A DNA stretch of 63,929 nt, filler included, from Circinaria calcarea (lineage: Eukaryota), in the NCBI GenBank assembly GCA_051942165.1. It is 3 parts of 3 records of this genome, joined end to end, with 100 filler letters (N's around TTAATTAATTAA, not from the genome) between each part and the next. Parts side by side here need not be neighbours in the genome. Positions count along the whole stretch, not along the records: positions 1 to 21,501 come from JAVECS010000140.1; positions 21,602 to 43,062 come from JAVECS010000141.1; 1 more part is not named here. One strand, 5' to 3'. The notes beneath the pieces are model-generated. The model saw nothing but the letters and a program-made list of their open reading frames with translations, made no database searches and was not told where the DNA came from. Positions 11,925 through 22,983 of this stretch are shown here, piece after piece. The position numbers and the translations under genes were made by a program. Positions within the stretch are counted from its first letter, which is position 1, and every line of letters begins with the position of its first letter.

Positions 11925-13417
11925 ATGCCCGGAAGCTCTCAGAATGCGTCCAATAAAAGAATTAAGGTATAAAATACTACTTTTGGTTATTTCTTTGAGC
12001 TGTTGTTCTTGCTGACCTCATCAGCGGAATCAGAGTGCCGGTACCTCACCACGGCGCAAACTCACCACGAAACGAGAAGCTGATATGCTGTTGTAGAATT
12101 TATAGATCTCACTTTATCTGACAGTGATGATGGACCGACCAAGAAGCAACAGAAACTTGATCACCATGTCACAGGTAATGGAGTCCTCACCTTACCACAT
12201 TGAATTCATCAGGCGGACACGCCTGACAACTTGCAACATATCTAAGCTACGAGAGAGATGAATCATCAATCTTACGGCCTCGATTGCTGACTTTGAGATC
12301 TCAGTACCTAGCAGAACTATCCCTACCTTCCAAGTCGTCGTACCTTCGAGGGCGTCGCTGTATGCTGTCAGAGGTATGGATCGTCCACAGTTGTCTTTGT
12401 ATCAGATGTACTAATTCATATCTATAATAGAGGAAGCTCACAACCGATTCAGACTGCAGCTTCAGCAATTGAAAGGCCCACCCGTTACTTTCTACAATGA
12501 CATAGACCGAACAACCCCGCCGATGAATTTCAAGTTTGTCGATGAATATCAGTTTAGTCGCGGAACCCATCGAGTAGAAAAGGAGTTCCAGTCCGGATGT
12601 GACTGTCGACCGGACAACGGTCGCCAGATGGGATGTGAATACCTCTACTGTGAATGTCTCGAGGAAGCTGCGAAAGATGAGTTCGGCAATTCTCGAGGAT
12701 TCCCGTACTACGCGACGGCACCTCGAAAGGGATGTCTGAGAGAATTCTACCTGAATTCCCGGAATCCTATATACGAATGCAACGAACTCTGCAGTTGTCA
12801 CGAAAATTGCAAGAACAAGGTTGTTCAGAAGGGCCGTGAGATCCCCTTGGAGATCTTTAGGACGAGAGATCGAGGCTTTGGTATGTTACCCCTTTCTGCC
12901 ATTCTATATTCACCGCTGATATACTGAAGGATTACGATCTCCTGTCAATATCCGGAAGGGGCAGTTCATTGACACATACCGGGGCGAGATAATAACTGAC
13001 GCAGAAGCGACGATTCGTGAGAACCGGGCAGATCGAGGAAAAGATTCTTACCTTTATAGCCTTGATAAGTTCCGTGGTGAAGAAGGCGACCATGCCTTTA
13101 TACCAGACGAAGACCTGTACGTTGTCGACGGAGAATTCATGGGAGGGCCTACAAGATTCCTAAACCATTCCTGCAACCCAAACTGCCGGCAATTCACCGT
13201 ATCCCTCCACCATGGTGACAAAAAAGTATACGAGCTGCCGTTCTTCGCCCTCGAAGATATCCCAGCAGGCACTGAGCTCACCTTTAACTATACCGATGAC
13301 GATGACGACAGCCCAATTAGCGATGAAGAGGCGAGGAGGCTGACGAAAGAGAAGGGTCATGAACCAGTGAGATGTTTATGTGGCGAACGGAATTGCAGGA
13401 GATACTTATGGCTATGA
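11925..13417 (+). CDS. dim-5: Histone H3K9 methyltransferase DIM-5/Clr4 (pre-SET/SET/post-SET), with several small 5' exons
   Basis: Pre-SET GCDC...CEC...IYECNELCSC...CKNKVVQKGR, RGFGL, GQFIDTYRGEII, TRFLNHSCNPN, ELTFNY and post-SET CLCGERNCRRYLW. The 5' micro-exons from ATG 11925 splice in frame, but the start is less certain. Confidence 0.9.
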
Positions 13418-13820
13418 GGCGGTGGTGCGTTCCTGGTGCAGTCGGAGCAGTCAGTTGAAAAGTTATGGCAAGGTTTTCGGTGGCGGTAGTTGCTAGGGAG
13501 TATGAGTCCTTCAAACAGAGCTCACACACATCCCATTTCCATGACTTCAGAGAGCGGGCTCTGCGCGAGGCTGCTGGCAGCTATTTTTCTGTGTGCGTTC
13601 TTCCTTTCCGAGGAGACAATTTCGGGAGTGATTTGCTCTAGTGAAGGGCATGTATTCAGAAAGCCAGCAGAGCTTCATTTATCTAGGCATAACAAATCTC
13701 ATATGCTCCCATTATGAAAGCTTGAGGCACTATTCTCCTATTCTCCTAGCCTGTGCGCCATACCTTATCCAGATTATACACTATGTCCTTCTTCACCTCA
13801 GAAGGCCCATATGTAGCCCT

Positions 13821-14216
13821 TCATGACAAAGATCGCCGTCTGCTTTCTGTGTCTTCCTCCAACACCTCTGTGACACCCCACCATCCCATTCGCGGCCTCG
13901 GTTCCAGCAAGCCTACGCACTCCTCGCCAAACTCTGCTTTCTCCTCCTCCACATCCGCGAGGCTAAAGCAGGAGGGCCTTCTGCTCGAGTTTATGCTCCC
14001 ACTTCTGGAAAAGCTCTTGGCGAGGACTTCGTTGATGGATGAAGACTGATTGCTAAAGCAGGACTGAAAAGAGGAGGTTGAGGTTGTGGATAGAGAGCGT
14101 GTTTGTCGTGGTTGTGGGGAGAAGGGGTTTTGGAAGACGGACTGCGACTGGCGCGTGCGCTGGCAGTGGAGAGAGACAGGAAGGGTGGAGAGATCGTGGG
14201 ACAATGGCGAATGCAT
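13821..14216 (-). CDS. Small Ser-rich hypothetical protein (131 aa)
   Basis: ATG-initiated ORF. A low-complexity Ser-rich N-half is followed by a protein-like motif LADVEEEKAEFGEE..GLLEPRP..WGVTEVLE. Confidence 0.55.
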   Translation of the reverse strand: MHSPLSHDLSTLPVSLHCQRTRQSQSVFQNPFSPQPRQTRSLSTTSTSSFQSCFSNQSSSINEVLAKSFSRSGSINSSRRPSCFSLADVEEEKAEFGEECVGLLEPRPRMGWWGVTEVLEEDTESRRRSLS

Positions 14217-16149
14217 ATTCCTTTACGAAATGGGGAGCGACAGGTGGTTGGAAAGCTGGGCGTTGAAGTGGGTGTTTAATCGCTTGACTGAAGCTGTAAG
14301 GGAGGAGCCGATGGACAGAAGACAGTGATCTTTTCTGGCGCAAGCAGAGGGCTTGTCGGCTGTTGTTTCGGTAACTAGATGCTTGCAGACAGGTCCAGCC
14401 TGGATGCAGTGAATGTAAGTAATTACTGTATGGGTGAACTCAAAAGAGGGAGCAAAGTTTTCTTGTGCCAGCAAGATGAGAACAAAGAAAAACTGACGAC
14501 AATCGACAAGTGGGAGGGTCAAACAAGCACTCAATGCGTTGAACCTCTTCCGGTATGGGAGGAGCACTCTTTGTTTTAATTACAACGTCTCGACTTGAAA
14601 CCACATCCATTGGTGATATAACCCCCCTTCGAGAGAATCTTTGCTCCAACGCTCCAACGCCCAACATCCCTACCAACCCAATTTCCGAGTGCGTGACCGA
14701 CTAATCCGTTAAAGTTGATGGGCAAGAGCTGTGGTACTTGATGGCAGTCAGTTCAGGCATCGAGTGGAGATTGTGTGGGAGATTCCAGGGTCGAAGGGCA
14801 GATTGATTGGTGAGGACGGGAGGGAGGTCTTCCACAGCTCCATCTCTATTTTCGGAGACTCCCTATGTTAAGTTACGACACACACTACACTACACTTCAT
14901 ATGCTACACACATATAACCCACACAACCCGATCATAGCTAGGGCGAGTTCAGGAAAAGTTCATCTTCGTGTATCTCCTGCCAAAGGCATGTGGTTGCGCA
15001 CGGGTCCGCCACATGGATAGAGCATTGGCGTTGTCGCGGGTCGATGGGATCGGACAAGATCTACGGAATCCTACTCTCCTTTTCCTAATTAGGTCTTTTT
15101 CGTCCCTTCCGTTCGACGGTAGAAGAATCATGGATTTGGCACTCGAGATGCGGAGGTATAGCAGCGGGTGTGTCTTCCTCTATTTTATGGCCATGCCGCC
15201 ACCGTCGGTGTACAGCATTACCAGGCCGACCGATCTGAAAAGACAACAGAAGATGCCATGCACCGTGCGATCACGGAGAGATCTTGGTTCTCTAACTACT
15301 GAAGATCAGGAGCACGCCAATGAAGTATCGAATGTTCCGAAATTGAGCGTGCACTGCCACGGAACAAACCCGCAGAGCCACATCAAGCAACTCCTTGTCT
15401 GGTTGGCAGCGTTAAACGAGAGATACGGTGGTGATGGATTATCTAACAAAGCGTACCTACTATATACAACCACCTAGACTGGAGTTGCCAATTGTCGGAT
15501 GAGTGCAATACTAACGGGCTATGCATGATGTCTTAGTCTTGATATGACAGTACATTGCTACTCACGACCAACAGAAGCTGCACGCAATTACTTCTACTGT
15601 ACTAGGCATGAGGAACCTACAGGGGTGATATCGTCCGTGTAAGAGAAAGCCTCTCCCTTTATGTCTTTAATGTGCGCTGTAAGGTAGACCAGGCATTCAA
15701 TAGCCTCAGCTCTTTAAAATCTATGGAAGCCTTCTATCTTTAAGATCTACCAGCCATTCCATTGATTCACTTTTCGTCCGTCTTTTGAACTGTACCTTAT
15801 CATGATTAAGCTCCTTTAAAGGCCACCAAGTTCGCTTCTATGGTAGGCAATAATTTGGCAAAGAGCTCGGAGTCCTCCATAACAACTAATACTGCAAGCA
15901 GGCATTCTCGCATCCAACCAAATATAATCTCAAAGTCCTTCATTCCTTTATGAAAGTTTTCGATAAGTTTGCCGGTAACCCCTCCGTCCATAGACTGGCG
16001 AGCTTATGATCAAGCCCATGGGTGTCTATTCGTTTACACTGCTATGCTTGTTACCGCTATGTCGGGAGGATAGTGCTTTGTGTTACTTAACCATGTCAGC
16101 ACGAAGGAATTCAATGGTCAGAAAGGGTAACTAGTTCCTGCTTGTCTTA

Positions 16150-16383
16150 CTATACATTGTGTGAGGTGCAGCACCTGCTAGTTTGAGAACCCACGATTGG
16201 ATCGAAGCTCTGCATTTTGGTTGTGGTCTGAGATTTGATAGTGGTGTAACCGATCAGAACACAATCGTCGCAGCGAGGATGATTACATAGACAGAAAGTA
16301 GCGTTTCTAAGTTCCATTCGACCGCAGAAGCAGCAGATCCAGATCATATCAGGCCAGTCTTTCAGGGAGGATTTGAGCTGCAT
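16150..16383 (-). CDS. Small Cys/His-rich zinc-ribbon-like protein
   Basis: Motif WICCFCG-x9-CLCNHPRCDDC. An upstream CTGAC...TAG acceptor lies just before the ATG, and a TATATAA lies near 16704-16710 on the - strand. Confidence 0.5.
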   Translation of the reverse strand: MQLKSSLKDWPDMIWICCFCGRMELRNATFCLCNHPRCDDCVLIGYTTIKSQTTTKMQSFDPIVGSQTSRCCTSHNV

Positions 16384-19300
16384 GTGAGTCTATTGAGTCA
16401 GTCTAATGCGATTAGGCCTGTGTTATGACGCTCGGAGGTTGCTGGGTTTGATTTGTTGAGAGAGATGTGGGAAGAAAATCTCAGTTCTTTCATACTAGGT
16501 GCCCTCCCTAGCGAGGTCTATGTTGTGAGTCAGCGGCTTGAAGGTGAACTAACTGGTCTGAGCAATAATTATGGACTACAGCATCCCCAGAGTTGTTTTC
16601 TTACTGCTCGATAACCCTTTACGAAATGACGAACTTGAAGGCACTCTGCCAGTCACAAGAACGATAAATGACTGAAGGAAACCGACCGGCCACTCTGTCT
16701 AGGTTATATATGATAAGACATTAGAAAGCACAAGGCGGGAAACAACATGGTGGATATTTTATTTGATGCTTGCCAAATTCATATTACCACTCTCAATACT
16801 CACCTTGGCTGTAACTCATGTATATCGATGTAGATTTGTGGCTGTTTTCAAAATCTCTAACCATACCTCATCCTTTATCGGCTAAACTTTCTCAAGTAAT
16901 CTGATGAGTCAGTCCTTCTACCAGATAGACTTTCCCTTATCGCTTGCAAGGTTTCAACGTGCTACGAAGAGACCCTACGAATATATGTGCTGTCTGGTAT
17001 GTCCGGCCTCGCTGTTCGTGGGTGCTCACAATAATTTGAGGATACTTCCACACACCTATAAAGGCACGCTAATGCAAGATTGTTAATATACAGTATTGGC
17101 CTCACCGGTTTGGCTTTTATCACTGCGCCTTACCTTGCAGAGGACCACTTGTCCAATATTTTGCTCCGCAGCCTCCTTTGATATTTCGCCGTTGGATTTT
17201 CTATGGGAATCCGCCAGTAACACGAGCAGGGCTGGTTTCCTTATTAATATCATACGCTCTCGCCACGAAATAAGAGAATCGAGTCCGAATTCAATATGGG
17301 AAACTGTAAGTGAAATTTCCTTCTGCTTTCTAAAGATAGTATAGCCAACATAATCTCTAGAGCCCTATATCTAAAGTGGAAGATTGGAGATAAAGATGCT
17401 TCTTAAAAAAATAAATCTGGGGGGTTTCAAGGCTAAGAGTTTACCATCCTTTCATTTGACGCCAAAAGGGCAAATAAGCCAGGTAAGAGACTAGATGTTG
17501 CTCCCAGGAATCCGCAAAGGGAGGTGTTAGCCATCAAGATGGTGAAGTTCACTAACAGCTGAGGCAAAAGCTTCTAGAGTAAATGTCACTTAGCTTGACT
17601 TTACGCTTCTGCTAGCGTTAATTGTAACTTGTGATTATTTATTAGTCTTCCAGCTCATTTCTTCCTTCTACGACTAGTTATATATCTTCTCCTCGCAGGA
17701 CTCCGAAGTATTACTTTCAGCTTGCATTTTCGATGATCTTTTCTCAAGCTACTCTAGCATAAAGACTACGTATCATTTGACCTATTTATACTCCTCGGAG
17801 AGCAATCACTCCATCAGCTAGCCACTGCAGTGCCCGACGTGAGGCCTACATCCTTGAATTTCTCTCATATTCTTGTATATCCCTAAGTTCGGCGTCCTTG
17901 CTGGCCACTTGATTTGGGGTTTTATGGGCATGAGTATAATCTTTCTCAGAACGGAGATTAAATAAATATAAAATGAACGCAAAGGCCAACAGATTGGTAT
18001 CCTGGACTCTGACGTATATCTGGGTGGTACGAGGATTTGTTATAAAAATGTGTCAGGGAATTGATGTCTTTACTGAAGTCCATCAATACAATCCGGTTAC
18101 TGGCGACCGCAAAGATGGGCTCGGGCTTCTGTTGGAGCTATTCAAACTCCGTAGAGTCTTACGTGGCCTTGCAACGTTCACCCGTTTCTATTGCCACAAC
18201 CTTGTCCTGTGCATGGCGAGAAGTCAACTCCCTAATCAATCTAGTACTACTAAGGAGTTAGCTGACCGATGACCATGTCCGAAAGGAGTACACGAATTTC
18301 GGCGAGGATAGTATTTACTAGAGATATGCTGAAAATCGGCTACAGCGTTGTGGATATAATTGTGCATAGCTGTGTATTGATGGCTAGGAATAATTCAGTT
18401 ATTCTTGCTTTGTCGATGTTGTACGAGGACAGAATCATCCTGGATTCAAGTGTTTACGACGCTAGACGGGCTTTCCAACTTAATACCAAGACAGAAGAGA
18501 TCCTCCGCTAATACCCGATACTCAAAGTTTGTTACCCCATTTCTTTACTGCAGCTTTGGAGACCCAAAGCTCCTATTTCTAACTCATAACCGGTTTGCCA
18601 AACGGAGTATTTTGGTAGGAAAGATCATTCCTCTTGAGAAGTTGAGATTATCTAGCATGCGCTAAGCATGCGCGCAACCAGCGACGCACATAGTTAGAGT
18701 ATACAGCCATATGGGTGCAAATACAGCCATCAGTCCTCAGCTCACCCTCTTCTACTACTATACACACAATAACATGGCGCGTAAGAAAGAGATGACAAAC
18801 GCAAGGCTCTTTATAACAAAATTTACTCAAATCGGCCAAGAAATCCCCACTTTCCAACAATATAGTATCCCTGGAGCTTTCAGCGCCATAAAAAAAGCAT
18901 TATTTCGGACGGCCTTGAGAGAAGTTGACGAATATCTCTTTTACCAATTACATTTTCATAAGAACCTAAAATTAGGCCGAGCGGTGCTATAAGTCGATTT
19001 CCTCATCGCACCCACGCCTACACGCCGCAATTCTATCCCTAGAGACGCTGACCCCATGATCCTCTGCGTTGAAGGTACTCACCTGCAGATCCTTGCCATG
19101 CACTACTTCTACAATCCGCATAGCTCGTCGTCGTGGGCGGAAACACCTATCTTCACCCTCTATGCACGCAGCATTGTTTGTGGAATTTTCAGCGCCATCG
19201 AATAATTTAACAGAAGCTTGCATGCGAGGTGCTACTTACAACATGCAGTATTTAAAAGCTGGGTGCGAGGAAAGTGGAGATTCAGGTCATGCATCGCCTC

Positions 19301-21139
19301 CTGGTGCTTTCAACCTCCCAAAACCCTTCTTTAGCACGAAATCTATAGATGGGACATCAACATCAACGGGACTGCATTTATTGACCCCAACTTGAGTCAG
19401 CACAGCAGTCGCATGATCCATTCCTGAGCGGTAAGTAAAATCCGGGTGAGGAAGCGACGACAACAGTTCTTAAAACCCTCCAAAGCATCCGCGGAAATGA
19501 CTATATCCGTGGCATTCTCGGCACTACCTCTATTCAAATATAATTTCGCCTCTACGACTCGCCACTGCGCCAGCACCCTCAAGATCGTACTATTTCAAAA
19601 TGATTCGAAAGACTTGGCAACAATTACGGCGTTCCTACGCCTAGCCGACGTACGAGGAGGATTTTATCACCTGACAAGAAAGAAAAGTGCGTTCAACTAC
19701 ACTCGGAGTAGGCAACTTCCCAACTAGGAATAACTGGATTAGTGATACCACATGAAAAGGCAATCGTCAAAGTCAGGAATAGAACAATAAAGATTATCCA
19801 GAGGAAAGTTATGGAGACATTCGAACCAGGAACTCTGGACCACGACTTCGTGAGGGATTCATCAAGAAAGGTAAGCTACCGTAAAATGAAATAATCTGAC
19901 CTATCCTTGATAGAGTTACGACAACGGGTACGGTCAGCCTCTTTCCCACCTATGTCCTCCGGTCCCGGGGATGATTTGCATAAACCCATATGACATGGGA
20001 ATTGAGTCAAACCGCCGCAATGCTAGACGGAGATCACACCATTTATGTAATAGCATCTGCGACTGCCTGAACAGGCACGAGAGCTCGCTGCCGCCGCCGA
20101 CGACGACGACACGGTAGACGCCGTCAGAGCGCTTACGAAGAGCATGCAGAAATAATCGTCGTTTCGAGTTCGTCGAGGGCAATAACAAATAGGTACGCAC
20201 AGATGGAAAGAGACTCGGCAACGAGCGCGGAAAAGGCTTAAGGAGGGGAGAATTGCTTCGGATATTGAAGACCAAATAGGGGGCTGGTACTTAGCTAGCC
20301 ACTTTCGACATGAAAAGATATTTATGGAGATGGAAATAAAAAGCCTACGAATCGCCTCTTGATGACTCCACGTTATTTGTAACTGCGTGCGCGGATGAAC
20401 GTGTATTGAAGCATAGCAGTGCCAAAGGGGAAAGGCATATAAATTACCTTCTGATCACACGTGATAGCACTCCCCCTTCAAGGTGCAACCTGATCTCGCT
20501 CGCCCTGAGAGTCTCGACTTTCCGAAATCTATCTACTTGGTTACTGAGCGCTGGAGACGTTTGAATCACCATGCTTGGGCCGGCTGCGTGGTGGGCCAAT
20601 GAGTATGATTTCTGAAAAGCACGGATGGTCTGGGGAAACCGACACGGAAGGTGCCAAAAATACATTTGATTTTCATGTGTGGCAGCTATGAATAACTTGT
20701 TCATGGCTGCCACACAACTTTTTATCCGATGCTTTTATGGATGTTTTCGATTTTATTAAAACTATATCGACATCGAGAAATCGGCGCCTTTAGCATCCCA
20801 TTACTATCAAAATACGTTGTATATCTCCGGGATATTTTATTTCGCTAATACATTTGTCGAGATATCTATGCCACCTTGATTACAATAATTAAATTACACC
20901 TGGATTGGATAGCGGCAGGATGTTAGGACCGGATTAAACACCATCGAAACGTTATTATTTATTTTTTGATATTACAGCCGTCCGCGAATGTTGGGCTAAC
21001 CTTACAATTTTGGCCGTTTCTATATTAAAAGAAAACCAACAGCACGTGCTAAATTCAAGAAAAAACGTGTGGTGTTAGGAGCTGCTGATCACACTGACAC
21101 CGTAAAACTAAACTCTGTTAAATAGCGGTAATGGGTTGG

Positions 21140-21240
21140 GTTAGGACCCTGCGACTTCGACGGAAGGTCCGGGGGGGGAAATGTATATTAGAGGCGGCAC
21201 TTTAGCATAGGGAATACCAAGAGATCTTCACCTCTTGACA
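21140..21240 (+). mobile_element. Diverged copy of the short LTR-like element (5' end unclear)
   Basis: Shares CCCTGCGACTT..ACGGAAGGTCCGGG, ATGTATATTA, GCAC.TTAGCATAG and the terminal CTTGACA with 44497-44609. Confidence 0.7.
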
Positions 21241-21501
21241 GGATTGAAGGGGAAGGAGAAACACGGGAAAGTAAAGAAAAAGGCGAATAGTTTTTTAAAT
21301 CGTGAAAGCTAAGTTATACTCATATTTTCCTAGGTGTTTACATCTTTTGTTATTTAATACCTGTCAAGAATAGGGGTTCTACACTGCGTGGAGGAACTAG
21401 TATTCGGAGCGGTTGAACTATCCACCGAACGCACATATGGCAGAGCCTTCTGCCATGTAATTCCATAGTGAAGTCCATACACATAGAGTGGTAGTTACCA
21501 T

Positions 21502-21601
21502 NNNNNNNNNNNNNNNNNNNNNNNNNNNNNNNNNNNNNNNNNNNNTTAATTAATTAANNNNNNNNNNNNNNNNNNNNNNNNNNNNNNNNNNNNNNNNNNN
21601 N
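21502..21601. other. Artificial contig spacer N44-TTAATTAATTAA-N44
   Basis: Exactly 100 bp, with a 12-mer at 21546-21557 that gives stops in all six frames. An identical spacer lies at 43063-43162. Confidence 0.95.
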
Positions 21602-22506
21602 CCTCGCGCTCGAGAACGTCCGCCAAGCCTCCTCCTCCTCCTCCCTCGCCCGACAATCCCCCACCGTCCCCCTCTACAACCCTTACGCCGACGTCCCCAG
21701 CAGCGCGCGCCAACTCTCCGAACCCGTCTCCGCCTTCCTGACCCGCTTGCCCCCACTGACGACCCAATTCTCCACCGCCGGTCCCTGGATCTACATCGCC
21801 AACCCTTATAGCTCCCACCGGCCGACCTCGTGCGACTGGGCGTCATTGACGGCAAGGGGAGAGGCCCTCCTCGCCGCCTACGCGGCGCAGAAACTCGCCG
21901 TCGAGACTTCCATGGTCGGCCGCCCCAAGGCCGTCATCACCCGTAAATTGAACGCCCACCGGAAACAGCTCGAGGAATCGCTGCTGACAGCCGCCCGGGA
22001 CACCGGCTGCACGGCCGGCAAGTGGATGCTGTTCCCGACCGAAGAGGACGTGAATTCCGTCTGGCGGGCTGTGGCCGAGGGTACGGCGCGGGGCGAGCTG
22101 GGGACCGCGGCCAAGGTGGCAACGGATGAGGGCAAGGGCGACCGCGTACCCCGGCTGATTTGCGTCTACACGGCGGATTTTGGGGACCGGGTGGACGTGA
22201 GGAGGGTACTGGAAAGGTTGCTGGAGCGGGGGTTGGTAGGCGGCAAGGGGGACTGGGGCCTGGAGAGGTTGGTGTATTACAAGTGTGGTGAGTCTCCAAC
22301 GGTCTCTTTGGTATCCGGGGGGCGTTTTTGGGGTAGGGAATGAAGAGAGAGAGAGTGAGAGAGTAGGGGGCTAACGAAACGGGTGAATTTGAAAAAAGAT
22401 AGATGCTTATACCCATCTGGGCATCAACTCGGTCAATGAGTGGGGTCTCAAAGCGAGCTTGTACTCGTCCAAGGAAGCCATGGCGTGGACCAAGGACGAA
22501 AGATGA
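21602..22506 (+). CDS. DUF1917 / Bles03-like (eIF4E-like fold) protein, 5'-truncated by the gap
   Basis: Motifs GPWIYIANP, GKWMLF, VWRAVAEGT..GELG..AKVAT, RLICVYTADF. After intron 22288-22402 the frame continues YYKCDAYTHLGI...NEWGLKASLYSS. Confidence 0.85.
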
Positions 22507-22587
22507 TGGACGAGAGGGGGGGGCCATTGGGATTTGGGAGGAGGGGAAAGGGGTGGAAGGGAATCGGGCTCGACCATGTTACCTTCT

Positions 22588-22610
22588 TGATGATGATGAT
22601 GATGATGATG
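22588..22610. repeat. (TGA)n microsatellite
   Basis: About 7.7 perfect units. It produces the spurious poly-M/H/D/I tracts in the ORF track. Confidence 0.9.
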
Positions 22611-22983
22611 TTGCTGCGATTTAGCCAGCGCTGCAATGCGGAAAGATACCCCCCCCCGCGATTTCGCGAAAGATCTTGTTGCTATGGCCAAACGGAGGTT
22701 TTTACGAAAGATAGGGTATCATATTCAGCGAAAATTTGCTGCCAAAAATATCCAAGAAACAGCGAGAGCGAATATCATCTATTTCCTCACGGTTCACCAA
22801 GAGGGCGCTGTCCCTGGAAGGCTTTTTTTGTTTTGTACATGGCTCACGGTAGATTCGATAATCTTGCCCCCAAAACACCAGGCTGATGCATGCCGACTCT
22901 CCCTTCCTCCTTTCCCCCCCTTTCTCGATCCTTCTTTTCACCGGCCACCCCTCCTCAAACCCTAAACCCCTTTCCCGAACCAC

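Noticed and set aside
14968..15477. 169-aa ORF with GTG start
   Set aside because: No recognisable motif and a non-ATG start. Not supportable as a gene.
21133..21145. GGGTTGGGTTAGG as an interstitial telomere repeat
   Set aside because: Only about two imperfect units.
14300..21501. Starship or other giant transposon
   Set aside because: No tyrosine recombinase captain, defined boundaries or intact cargo were recognised.
21546..21855. ORFs running into X residues and ending at TTAATTAATTAA (likewise 42797-43114)
   Set aside because: Artefacts of the synthetic spacer and antisense to real genes.
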